Source of the DNA: Synechococcus sp.
GTDB taxonomy: Bacteria; Cyanobacteriota; Cyanobacteriia; PCC-6307; Cyanobiaceae
Length of the DNA stretch: 64,000 bases
Reading direction: 5' to 3'
NCBI GenBank assembly: GCA_047285535.1
Contig: JBJBDC010000001.1
Coordinates: 2,432,136-2,496,135, forward strand
Part shown: piece by piece, positions 10,194-20,043 of the stretch
Numbering within the stretch: the stretch's first letter is position 1
How the letters are laid out: every line of letters starts with the position of its first letter
Program-made: the position numbers and the translations under genes
Notes under the pieces: generated by a model
What the model saw: the letters and a program-made list of their open reading frames with translations, nothing else
Database searches by the model: none
Told to the model about the DNA's origin: nothing

Positions 10194-11567
10194 GTGATTG
10201 AGCTAGAGACTATAGGAAATGCAACTCTCATCTTATCTGAAGACGATTGTCCGATTTTGTCGAGTGATGTTTGGCTTGATGATTATCCAGCATATTTTGG
10301 ATCTTGGGCTCTCTCTCATGAGGTTCCTCTCAAGCAGCGTCATAAGATATCAAAATGCAAATATATTTTTATCTCTCATTTTCATCCGGATCACCTTAAT
10401 CTTGCTTCTCTTAGGGGCTTCAAAAACGCTACGATTCTTCTTGCGCAGCATTATGGATCAAGACTTGAGAGGGATTTGCGGAACGCTGGATTTACAGTTA
10501 TTAATTTGCCCTCTAGGAAGTGGATTCAGATCGCCAAGTCATTGAGAATAATGCTTTTCAATAATGAATTGCAAGATTCGGCTCTTATTGTTGAAGTCGA
10601 TGTTGATCATGAGAAAAGTCTCATTCTGAATATGAATGACTCGGCTGGCATAGGGTTCTCCAGTGAGGTCTCCAGTTTGTCGGCAAAGTATAAAAATTCT
10701 TTTTGGCTTTCTATTCATGGATATGGAGACGCCAACATGATCAATCTTTTTGATGTAAGTGGACGGCGTATTGAGCCTTTAGCGGCTAAGAAAAAGCCTG
10801 TTGGAGTGGATATATTTAAAAGCATGAAGAGATACAGTTGTAATTATGCAATTCCCTTTAGTTCATTTCACCAATATCAGAGATCTGATTCTTTTTGGGC
10901 TAATAAATACACCACTCCTCTAACAGCGTATTCGGATGGCTTTCCTGTGTTCGATGGGTATACTTTGCTTCCTGCTTTTCAGAGAATACAGTTCGATGCT
11001 TCGGGGATTCACATCCAGTCTATTGCCCCGCCTAAGAAAAATATTGTCGCACCTCTCAGCGAGGCTCTGTTTGGTGATGATTGGTCTGTTTCGCTTTCGG
11101 TAAAAGATTTAGCTTGTTGCACGGATTATTTCCAGTCAATTTTTCATATTGTTGAAAAATTTGCAAGGATTGAATTGGTTGTCGGTGGAGTTCTTAGTAA
11201 TGCACTTCCATGTGGAAAAGGCCGCGCTGTTTTGCGTTTTGAAGTGCCTCGGAAATCGTTAATGAGAGCTGTTAGGAGGGAGGTTTTTGATGATCTTCTG
11301 ATTGGTAACTTTATGAAAACTACTCTTGTGCGCGCCCGCTCTCTTTATAGTCCTGATTTTACACGTGTAGTTGCAAAGTATGCAGATAATGGCCGTGTTA
11401 AGACTCCAGAAGAGTTAAAGAGCTACTTTGCCTATTACAATGAAGGTAGGATTTATTCCGATCAATTGCAGGAGAAAATTACTAAAATAAAAGCGGGCAT
11501 TTCTGGTTTAATTCCTGGTAAGGGAAAACGCTTTTTGAAAGATCTGATTCATTGGGATAAAATTTGA
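10194..11567 (+). CDS. MBL-fold metallo-hydrolase (UlaG/CMP-Neu5Ac hydroxylase-like, no Rieske domain)
   Basis: GNATL, DVWL...YFGSW, ISHFHPDH (HxHxDH), DSAL and LNMND motifs. AT-rich. Confidence 0.75.
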   Translation: MIELETIGNATLILSEDDCPILSSDVWLDDYPAYFGSWALSHEVPLKQRHKISKCKYIFISHFHPDHLNLASLRGFKNATILLAQHYGSRLERDLRNAGFTVINLPSRKWIQIAKSLRIMLFNNELQDSALIVEVDVDHEKSLILNMNDSAGIGFSSEVSSLSAKYKNSFWLSIHGYGDANMINLFDVSGRRIEPLAAKKKPVGVDIFKSMKRYSCNYAIPFSSFHQYQRSDSFWANKYTTPLTAYSDGFPVFDGYTLLPAFQRIQFDASGIHIQSIAPPKKNIVAPLSEALFGDDWSVSLSVKDLACCTDYFQSIFHIVEKFARIELVVGGVLSNALPCGKGRAVLRFEVPRKSLMRAVRREVFDDLLIGNFMKTTLVRARSLYSPDFTRVVAKYADNGRVKTPEELKSYFAYYNEGRIYSDQLQEKITKIKAGISGLIPGKGKRFLKDLIHWDKI

Positions 11568-11854
11568 TTGTCTTTTATCTCAAGTCCCGTTTGCCTTATT
11601 GGATTGTAGGGTCTTTGTAATGTATGGATTTAATGGCAGCGTTTGTTGTATTGGGCTTGTGATATTTGCTTTCCTTCGATATAAACTTTTCTCTAAAGGG
11701 CTCGCGAGAAGTGCATGGCCTGGATTTGTTCTCTGTTACCAAGAAGAGAGATTATCAACTGTTTACGATCTCGAGTCGAGCATAAAGAAGCAACGGGAAA
11801 GATCGCCCCCCTTCGTTGATAGTCCATACTCCCAGCAGGGGTTTCCCAATCCAG

Positions 11855-12632
11855 GCACCCAAGCTCTGCACTGTGATCAGTGCGGCGCCACGCTTCCGCC
11901 CGTCTCGGCTTGAGGTTTGAGGAGGGCAACTTTGGCGGCTGTCTGCTCAGCCTGGCGGCGTGATCCACCCCAGGCTTCTGCTGCTTGGCTGTTTTGGATG
12001 AACACCTGGCAATAAAAACGACGGGGGTCTCCGTGGCGATGGCTGATTTCCTGGCATTCGTAGGTTGGTAGACCGAGTCCCTGGGCCTGTGTCCATTCCT
12101 GCAGAGCGGATTTGCTATTTCCGCGAGTGGGATCAGCGAGTATTTCATGGCTGGTCTGGCGCCAATAGGGCGTTAGCCAAGCCTGCACGGGCTGGACGTT
12201 GCCGCTGATTCGATAGATCGCGCCCATCAGGGCTTCGCAGTGCTCCGCGCGCAGGGTGGCGCGAGCCGCGCGATCACCTTTGGCTTTGGCGCCAAGGTTC
12301 AGCAGTGATTCAATCCCAATGGATGTGCCCAGGTTGGCCAGCCAGCGGTCACTCACCAGTTGGGCCCGTAGGGAGGAGCGTTCTCCCACGGGGAGTTGGG
12401 CATGCTCTGCTTCGATGAAATCCGATGCTGCCAGCCTCAGCACCGCATCTCCCAGAAATTCCAGTTGTTCGTGATGGCGGGCGAGTCCAGTGGAGGTGTG
12501 GGTGAGGGCTTCGTCTAATAGGGCGAGCTGCTCGTTGCTGAGCTCGCTGTTGTTGCTAAGACTTGGCTCTGGAACCAGTTGGTTCCAGAGAGCTTGGAGC
12601 TGCTGCTTGCGCTTGGGAGGGATCACAGCAAC
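11855..12632. repeat. 778-bp direct repeat, copy 2
   Basis: Matches 9132-9909; includes the last 59 nt of the K+ channel gene and all of rnc. Confidence 0.95.
11877..12626 (-). CDS. rnc: Ribonuclease III (copy 2)
   Basis: Translation identical to copy 1. Confidence 0.95.
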   Translation of the reverse strand: MIPPKRKQQLQALWNQLVPEPSLSNNSELSNEQLALLDEALTHTSTGLARHHEQLEFLGDAVLRLAASDFIEAEHAQLPVGERSSLRAQLVSDRWLANLGTSIGIESLLNLGAKAKGDRAARATLRAEHCEALMGAIYRISGNVQPVQAWLTPYWRQTSHEILADPTRGNSKSALQEWTQAQGLGLPTYECQEISHRHGDPRRFYCQVFIQNSQAAEAWGGSRRQAEQTAAKVALLKPQAETGGSVAPH

Positions 12633-12906
12633 CGTGATGGCATTCCCAACCCATGGTTCAGTTGGCTTTTCGCTTCTTGGCTGCTGCTAGGAGCGCTGAA
12701 GGAGGGATCGCATCAACTATTCGTATAAATTAGAAATTAGATCTTGAAAATATCGGATAAACTTAACAGCACCTCTCACGATCCTGGTTGAGTGAGATTA
12801 CGAGTAGCCTATAGTTTCGATGCGTTTGGCTCGCAGTTACTGATAATTTCGCGAGACAAGGGATGATTGAGTTGATTGAATTCGCTAAAGTTTAATCGCG
12901 AATGGA

Positions 12907-13542
12907 TTAACTCTGACACTCCCAAATTCCGTTGGAATACTTGACTCCTGATCCTTGTTGCGCGCAGCCGGCTTTGATAAAGGCAGGATCAAGTTGCGTA
13001 TTTTGATCAACTTTTTTGTTGTCACTGCAATACCAGCCGGCACCTCGGGTGCCGCTATTTGAAAATCCTGGATTGCTTGAACATCCTGTGTGGATGTAGG
13101 CTTTTTCTAGGCAGGTCCAGCCTTCACCGTTAGAAAGATAGTCAACATAATAGTAATCACTGGTGCAACCTTTTTGGATGTTGCAATTGTCCAGCCTGGT
13201 GTTGTTGGTGATTAGCTTTCCATCTTTGCAATACCATCCGGCGCCCATGCTGTTGTTTTCGTCGCTGCTGTAGCCAACTCCAGCCTGGCAATTGGTATGA
13301 ATGAAGCAACGGTCATAATTGCCAGTTGAATTAATCTGGGGCCCTTGATTTTGGGGCCCTGCATTTTCAAAGAGGCCGTGATTTTCACCGTGAATATCTA
13401 GCTCTGGCGGCTTTCCGCCTCCAAGTTTTAAATCGATCCCAACTTCAGCAAAGGCCTTCGGTGGGCTAAAAATTCCCAAAAGTCCTATCGAAAGACAGGC
13501 TATTAATCCTGTACGACTTGTAATTTGAAATAAAGAACTCAT
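12907..13542 (-). CDS. Secreted cysteine-rich hypothetical protein with two internal repeats
   Basis: Signal peptide ending PKAFA; IHTxC...GAGWYCxDxK...NTxLD...I..GC...NG.W.C occurs twice. Confidence 0.7.
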   Translation of the reverse strand: MSSLFQITSRTGLIACLSIGLLGIFSPPKAFAEVGIDLKLGGGKPPELDIHGENHGLFENAGPQNQGPQINSTGNYDRCFIHTNCQAGVGYSSDENNSMGAGWYCKDGKLITNNTRLDNCNIQKGCTSDYYYVDYLSNGEGWTCLEKAYIHTGCSSNPGFSNSGTRGAGWYCSDNKKVDQNTQLDPAFIKAGCAQQGSGVKYSNGIWECQS

Positions 13543-13706
13543 TTTTAATGATTGTCCAATGAGTTAGTAGCTAGCGCAGTGTTCTGGTGTGAGAGCCTTC
13601 CTGAAAAATTTAAGGCTTGTTGCGCTGTTGGACGTGTTTTGCCCCTGAGCTTGAACATGATGAGTTAAGGCTTGGCGTTTAAAAAAGATTTAGGGCTGAT
13701 TGGGGT

Positions 13707-14094
13707 GAAAGCAGGACATAAGCCGGGTTCTGTTCTCCCTTGCAAAGAAGGGGGGTGATCATCTATCTGGGATCGCCGTTACCGACGACCTCGAGCGGCG
13801 CACTAAGGCGGAACGGGGCAGATGGCCAACCGTCGTTCCTCGGCCTTGCTCCCAGCCGGGGTTTACCGAGCCAGCACCTCTCGATGCTGCTGGTGCGCTC
13901 TTACCACACCTTTGCACCCTTGCCTGTGCCAGCGAGCCGGCCATCGGCGGTGTGTTTCTGTGGCACTCTCCTCACGGTCACCCGCACTGGGCGTTACCCA
14001 GCAAGCCTGGCCATCGGGGAGCCCGGACTTTCCTCAACGAATAACAGCCGCCCTAGAGCGACAGTCATCAATTGCGATCACCTCGCCTGCTTTC
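13707..14094 (-). ncRNA. rnpB: RNase P RNA
   Basis: Minus strand carries GAGGAAAGTCCGGGCT and AACAGAACCCGGCTTA universal motifs, with P1 ends gaaagcagg/cctgctttc. Confidence 0.97.
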
Positions 14095-14116
14095 AAACCC
14101 CATAATGACTGTTAGT

Positions 14117-14190
<74 letters not shown>

Positions 14191-15277
14191 TTAAGTCACT
14201 CCAAGGGATCTCAAGAAATGGGCACAGCGTGCCCACTGCCAAATTCATCGTTTGTGCCCACTCCGTGTCCACTTGGAATTTCAGTGGCTCCCAGAGCAGG
14301 CTCAGATTCGGTGATCGCGCCCAGCATTCCGATCACTCGCATCGTCTCCTGCATGTGGTGCCCAAGCATCCGATAGGCCGCGGCGACGGCTTCAGGATCT
14401 CGGGTCTCGATGCATCCGATCCAATCGGTTTCCAGTTGATCCAGTTCAAACACAACTCTTAAACAGAACCGTTCAACAGCGAGCATCTAGAGGACTGCAG
14501 TCAATCCTCAGTTTGGGCACTTTGGAAGCAAGCGAAAAAGACCGCATTGCATGATGCCGCCTGGCCTGGGACTCAAGGCCAGGGTGAGGGGTCCGCTCAC
14601 CGTGACCTGTCTGGCTTTGTCCCGTCGAGCGGCCGCTCCACGGCTGTAACACTTCGCGATGCCAGCCATTCTCAGGGCTGCTTAAGCGGACGAATCTGGA
14701 GGATCCCATCGTGAGCCGCTCACGATGGACCATTCCCGGCCAGCACCGTTCGCAGGAGGCTTGCCTAGTCGACAGAAGCGATATTTCGTAAACCTGAATC
14801 ACACAGTTGAGGACGTAGTTTCTCTGTTGTTACTCCAATAGTGACGCCGCTTGTCATTAATCCAAGGGCCTTGTCCTCCTGATTGATACGCCTCAGAGCT
14901 TGCTCAACAATTCAGATGCATGAGTGAGCATTGATCATCTATCCACAAATATCAGTCCACTCGCAGAAACCAAGCCGACAACGCTTCTCAGCTTCAAGAC
15001 TGGCAATAGTTTGATCGTCTAAGCGAGGCAGCAAGTGCCCCTTACGTGAATGACGAATCGTGGACGGGGCAGGCAATTTCCTGTGAAGGAGGATTGAGAA
15101 CTCCAGGAGTGAAACACAAGGTTTCTGATGGCGAACGTGGATTATGAATGCATCACGGGAGGCAAGGGTAATGAAGAGATACGCATACTTCAGCTGTCAA
15201 CCTAGAGCAAATAAAAATAAACATTATGCGAAGTTGCTCTAGTCGAGTAGCATTAAAAGAATAATGTAAACCTAACA

Positions 15278-15784
15278 ATGGAGCCATCGAAAGATATACT
15301 TGCAAGAGCCCAGCAAAGGTCTAACGACAGGAAAATTGTTAGCAACTCACAAAATAATTATCAGAATCATTTAGTGACTCATAATTCAATTCAATCTGAT
15401 CGGCAACTTGCGATAGCCTGGGCTAAATCTACTGGGCTAGTACATATTCCTAATAAGCCGCATGAGTTCAGCCCTATGTTGTGCTTAGTTTTAGCATTCT
15501 TTTTAGTATTTATAGGCGGAGTTATCTATTGGTTGTGGTGTAAAAATCAAAAAGATTCCTACAATGAATCCATAAGTGAAGCTGTCGCAGCATGGAGAGC
15601 GAATGGATCACCAAATCCATATCAGCATATGACCGGTACATCACAGATTCCCGTCACCCAAGAGTTAAATACAACTAGCCAAAGCCTTACGGACAAGTTA
15701 AACGAACTGGCACAGCTTCGAAAATCAGGAGTTCTAACTGAAGAAGAGTTTCAGTCCGCAAAGAAAAAAGAACTCAATTTATGA
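15278..15784 (+). CDS. Membrane protein with C-terminal SHOCT domain
   Basis: One TM; C-terminal LTDKLNELAQLRKSGVLTEEEFQSAKKK. Confidence 0.8.
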   Translation: MEPSKDILARAQQRSNDRKIVSNSQNNYQNHLVTHNSIQSDRQLAIAWAKSTGLVHIPNKPHEFSPMLCLVLAFFLVFIGGVIYWLWCKNQKDSYNESISEAVAAWRANGSPNPYQHMTGTSQIPVTQELNTTSQSLTDKLNELAQLRKSGVLTEEEFQSAKKKELNL

Positions 15785-16021
15785 AGTCTACTGCTATGAA
15801 TTAAGTTGTTGTCAGGTTCATCCAGTGAGTCTGTTTCAAACAAATGAATTCATGACTTCTTGGGGAAGCCTAAGATCTTCTGACTCCAAACCTCTTTATT
15901 TTTCCACTTAAAAACAAAGAGATCAGTTCCTTACAGCGTGGATGGACCTTTAGCCTGCGCCTGCCATTGCCATCAGACAAACCACTGTTCGTATGAGGCT
16001 TGCCTGCTACTGAATCACAAA

Positions 16022-16219
16022 GGGGAATGCTTTAAGCAGTTGCCTCTGATCAATGCACCTTGAAACCCAAATGACGTTAGCTCTTCTGCAGGAGCTACTG
16101 ATGGCACTGAGGGCTAATGACGTTGATGGCTATAAAGCATTGTTAGCACTTGGGGTTGAAGAACTTGGAAGGGATGTAGCTGGTGAGGTTGAGTCGGAAT
16201 GGATGGTGCCACTTTTAGT
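16022..16219. repeat. About 198-bp imperfect direct repeat A (partner 21731-21928)
   Basis: ggggaatgctttaag...caatgcaccttgaaacccaaatgacgttag...ggatggtgcc recurs at offset +5709. Confidence 0.92.
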
Positions 16220-16274
16220 GCTGAGGCAGAACAGAAGTTTCTCTTCAGAACTAAACAACCCTTCCAGCCCATGA
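16053..16274 (+). pseudogene. Small hypothetical protein, 3'-truncated/chimeric copy
   Basis: Matches the 21762 copy up to WMVPLLV, then diverges. Confidence 0.6.
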
Positions 16275-16690
16275 GCTGGTCAACCGAACTAATTTTAACG
16301 GTGTTTGCACCAGGGGAAAGCTTGGGACCATTCACTTGTTGCATAACAATGTTTCTATGTAACAACGAACAACAACCTTCAACAACAACAACCTCACCCC
16401 ACTCCTGAATCAAAGGCTCGATCTCTGGGATCAACAGGATGCCGCTCAAAGGGATGGCGTATTTCACAAGGCTCTCTTGCTTGGTGCAGGCATAGGATCA
16501 AGGAAGTATCACGACGGAAGGGATCCGCCAAATACCCCCCATATGGGGGATACAGGCATAACCAAGAACAGGCAGGATGCAGAAAGGCGCGAAGGAGGCT
16601 CATCTGTAACAAACCTAACAAAATCGCTCAGGCATGACCATGCTTTAAATAGCGAACAAGCTCACAAAAAACTCTTCCAGAAGAAAAACA

Positions 16691-18043
16691 ATGAGCGATT
16701 CAGAGCAAAACAATGAAGATAGAGTCAAGGTATTTCCTGTTCAACTAACAAGCTGGATTGAAGGCCAGCCTGACCTGGCATACCTTGTAGAAGCAGCGAA
16801 CAGCACTCCTGCCCTTTACAAGACAGGCAGCGAAAATCTAAAAGTCGCCCCACAAAGAGAAGATATCGTCAATAAAAAATACAGCAGCACTACCGCAAAG
16901 GTCAGGGAATTTGTCTGGCCTTCTGCCAGAAGCATGCGTGGAGATTGCTTCGGGACAAAAACATTTGACGAAACATGTGCAAGGGCAGCCAACACAATGG
17001 CTGGGAGCACACTATGGGATGCTGTAAGCACAGTTCCATTTGTACAATTTGCCTTAATTAACTACCTAAAATTTGCCTCTCTGCCAGTTGCTTTTATCAT
17101 CTCTATAGGACTAATGGTTCTATCAAATGTAGCTGGAAGAACAGGGGCCAATAGAGCCAAAGGAAGAGGCGCAATAGCTAACTATGGACTGGCCTTTTTC
17201 ATCCTACTTTCGCTTGTAAAAACGCTCCTATCCGGGGTTGGCTTCGATATCCTCGTCAACAAGGACGGAATCACAAAAGAATATGCACAGCAAGTACTTA
17301 GCGAGCAAATAGAGAAAAAGCAGTCAACCGTCGAAGAACTTCAAGCTCTAAAAAACCCGAAACTGATTAATCTGCAATCCGCATGTCAGCCACTACGCGA
17401 TAAACTAGGCAATATCAACAAAGATTTGCAACCTGAGGAACACAACACAACATGGGTCATGGCATTTGGCACATGGAAGCAGAAACAGACAATGGTGGGA
17501 CTAGGAAACGATGCACTTATTAAAAAGTTCGGAGGAGTAAGTGGAATTCCAGGAGTCTGCAACCAGGCAAGCGCACAGCTAGCTCTAGATCTCAAAGATG
17601 CAGAACAAATGCGAGAGGAGATCAGTTTGGCTCAAAACAAACTTGGCAACGAAACAGCATTAGACATTCTTCAGAGCGATTTTCCTAAAGTTTTCAGCAA
17701 TGAATTCAAGATCACCGAAGATGGGGTTGTCGAAATAAGGTCAGGTCAAGAAGTTGTAGGACAAGCATTTACACAGTTCTTTAACAAGATACAAGATCCA
17801 GAAAGGATATTTGAACTTGGAATATCACTCTTTTGGATGGGTGTCAGCATCATCCTTAGCGTGATGGCAACAATACTCTTGTGGGCTCTTTCTAATACAA
17901 AAGAAATGAAAATGTCTTACAACACAAAGCTGCTGAGGTACAGAATGGACCTTCTACAGTCCTATCAAGACAACCTGCCATTGGCACTGAAGCTAAGGCG
18001 AGAACGTAGAGCTCAAGAACAACAAAATGGAGGACAATCATGA
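16691..18043 (+). CDS. Uncharacterised membrane protein (N-terminal TMs, large helical extracytoplasmic loop, C-terminal TM); gene 1 of the ZorAB-like operon
   Basis: Hydrophobic stretches at about aa 110-185 and 375-400; coiled-coil-like middle; ATGA overlap with the next gene. Confidence 0.8.
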   Translation: MSDSEQNNEDRVKVFPVQLTSWIEGQPDLAYLVEAANSTPALYKTGSENLKVAPQREDIVNKKYSSTTAKVREFVWPSARSMRGDCFGTKTFDETCARAANTMAGSTLWDAVSTVPFVQFALINYLKFASLPVAFIISIGLMVLSNVAGRTGANRAKGRGAIANYGLAFFILLSLVKTLLSGVGFDILVNKDGITKEYAQQVLSEQIEKKQSTVEELQALKNPKLINLQSACQPLRDKLGNINKDLQPEEHNTTWVMAFGTWKQKQTMVGLGNDALIKKFGGVSGIPGVCNQASAQLALDLKDAEQMREEISLAQNKLGNETALDILQSDFPKVFSNEFKITEDGVVEIRSGQEVVGQAFTQFFNKIQDPERIFELGISLFWMGVSIILSVMATILLWALSNTKEMKMSYNTKLLRYRMDLLQSYQDNLPLALKLRRERRAQEQQNGGQS

Positions 18044-18540
18044 CTGGTTCAACCGCATGGATCCCACTAAGTAAAAGGTCGACTGACATTCAAAATAAAG
18101 TCCAAAAAATTTACGAGCTTTATGCAGATCAAAAGGTATTCCAAGAAGCACTCGATGCTTACGAATCTGAAGATTGGGGACTCATCCCGGATGGTCTTTT
18201 TTATAAAGGGTTAATAGAATGTCAACGCCAAAAGCGGCTTATATCTGCCAGTGAAATCAAAAGGCTGCAAACATCTCTAGCCAACGAGAGAACAGGTGCC
18301 GAGGAAACTTATGAAGACGAGGGGATAGAAGTCTTCACAGCACCCTCTGATGAATTAGGCCAACCGCTCAAGTGGTTTAGGGCCAATCCACCTAATAGCA
18401 ACATCAAGAATCAGGCAGAGGATGAATTCAGAATCAGATTGTTAGACCTGTACATCGCTCACGTCAGCAAGACGGGAGAGACTTACTTTCCCCCCCTAGA
18501 GGAAAAGTTACGCACAAGAGCAGACTTCTTTGAGGAGTGA
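18040..18540 (+). CDS. Uncharacterised soluble acidic protein; gene 2 of the operon
   Basis: 166-aa ORF tightly linked to both neighbours; GGAGG upstream. Confidence 0.75.
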   Translation: MTGSTAWIPLSKRSTDIQNKVQKIYELYADQKVFQEALDAYESEDWGLIPDGLFYKGLIECQRQKRLISASEIKRLQTSLANERTGAEETYEDEGIEVFTAPSDELGQPLKWFRANPPNSNIKNQAEDEFRIRLLDLYIAHVSKTGETYFPPLEEKLRTRADFFEE

Positions 18541-18543
18541 TAT

Positions 18544-20043
18544 ATGGAATGGATACTTGACAACATCTCAACAGCCGGCCTCTCAATCCTATCCATTCAG
18601 TCATTCATTTTCATCATAACCATATGGCTGAGCATATATCAAGAGAAAAAGCTATCCCCACTAAAGAAGAAACTAAAAAACTGCAGAGAACAGATTGCAG
18701 ATAATATCAACTTAATAGACACAGAGAGTTCAAAGAATCGGGCGTTAGAACTCGCAATCGAATGCAAAGAAAGATATCAACATGCAGCCTCTGCAATTGA
18801 GAACATAAGCGCTGAGACCATTGCAGCTAACACAATTGATGAATACCAGATCATTAGAAAAGGGCCAAAGAAATGGACATTGGGAGAGGTAAATGAACTC
18901 ATTACTGGAGCACCAACATTTCTAATTACACTTGGACTAATAGGTACTTTTTATGGACTCATTCAAAATATGGCGAAGCTCTCTCTACTCTTGACTACGC
19001 AGGAGAACCTAGGCCAGACAGAGGGGTTGATTAACAACTTTGCAAATATCTTTCCCGCCATGGGAGCAGCATTCTCAACCAGTCTTGCTGGTGTATTTTA
19101 CAGTTCAATGATTTGGATTCTAAGCATCCTGTTCGGCACAATTAACAGCAGGGAAAAGCTGGAACAATCAATGTGTGATTACTTAGAACATATTGTTCAA
19201 GTGAACTGTAGAACCTCGTCATTAAGTGCAGCACTCGACAGAATGGAAGATATACTTACAGATTATTTAAGCAACTTCACCAATATCGTAGGGGGTACTA
19301 TTGAAAAATCAGTAGACAGAGCAATAGGCAATTTAGTAAATACACTAAAGAATCACGTTGATAATACGGCAGCTTTTACTAGAGAGATTGAAATAAGCTG
19401 CGGTCAACTAAAAGGTGCTGGAGAAGTCTTTTCTATTGCCGCAGAGCAACTCCACGAAAGCTCTTTTGCAGACGAATTCTCTAATGCCTGCTCAAAATTT
19501 ATAGATCATACTAATTTACTAGAGCAAGCATCGCAGAATATTAAAGTCAGTTCTTTAAATCTAAGCAGGAGCATCAATGATCTCAATGGCGTCATTGAGA
19601 GTACAGGAGAACTTCAGTCAGCACAGCTTAGTGAATTAGCTCAGTCAAGCAAGACGATGGCTTTAACATCATCATCATTGGTAGATTCGAACGACCAATC
19701 GATACGAGAACTGAACAATGCGGTACTTTCGATACAAAGTATTCAAAAGAGAGGGATGACATGGCTGAGCATGAGAGCCAAAACAGACGAAAAAATAACA
19801 GCTTTAAACGACGACCTTAGAAAAATAGTTGTGCAGTTTAGCGCTGTAAATGAGAGAATAATTTCATCATCTCAATCGACTTTTGACACTTACAAGCAAG
19901 AGGTAAATCGCATTACAGAATACGCCAGAGAATTGACGAAGCTCAGCAATGATAGGAGAAAGGATTATGAAGCCATAAGAGAAGGCCTCAATCAAATCAA
20001 ATCAATTGACGAAAAAGTGAGCAGACTCTCAAGCGATAAATGA
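18544..20043 (+). CDS. ZorA-like MotA/TolQ/ExbB proton-channel protein with a long helical cytoplasmic tail
   Basis: TM1 near the N-terminus, TM2 APTFLITLGLIGTFYGL, TM3 AAFSTSLAGV, then about 290 aa of helical tail. Confidence 0.8.
   Translation: MEWILDNISTAGLSILSIQSFIFIITIWLSIYQEKKLSPLKKKLKNCREQIADNINLIDTESSKNRALELAIECKERYQHAASAIENISAETIAANTIDEYQIIRKGPKKWTLGEVNELITGAPTFLITLGLIGTFYGLIQNMAKLSLLLTTQENLGQTEGLINNFANIFPAMGAAFSTSLAGVFYSSMIWILSILFGTINSREKLEQSMCDYLEHIVQVNCRTSSLSAALDRMEDILTDYLSNFTNIVGGTIEKSVDRAIGNLVNTLKNHVDNTAAFTREIEISCGQLKGAGEVFSIAAEQLHESSFADEFSNACSKFIDHTNLLEQASQNIKVSSLNLSRSINDLNGVIESTGELQSAQLSELAQSSKTMALTSSSLVDSNDQSIRELNNAVLSIQSIQKRGMTWLSMRAKTDEKITALNDDLRKIVVQFSAVNERIISSSQSTFDTYKQEVNRITEYARELTKLSNDRRKDYEAIREGLNQIKSIDEKVSRLSSDK

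Noticed and set aside
13740..14115. ORFs overlapping rnpB
   Set aside because: The region is fully explained by the RNase P RNA.
14211..14802. Possible integrase remnant (AAAYRMLGHH..T.R)
   Set aside because: Only an LGH-like motif is present; the other tyrosine-recombinase catalytic motifs were not found. A BLASTX search is needed.
16535..16552. Palindrome cccccatatggggg upstream of the ZorAB-like operon
   Set aside because: A single occurrence; could be an operator but has no supporting evidence.
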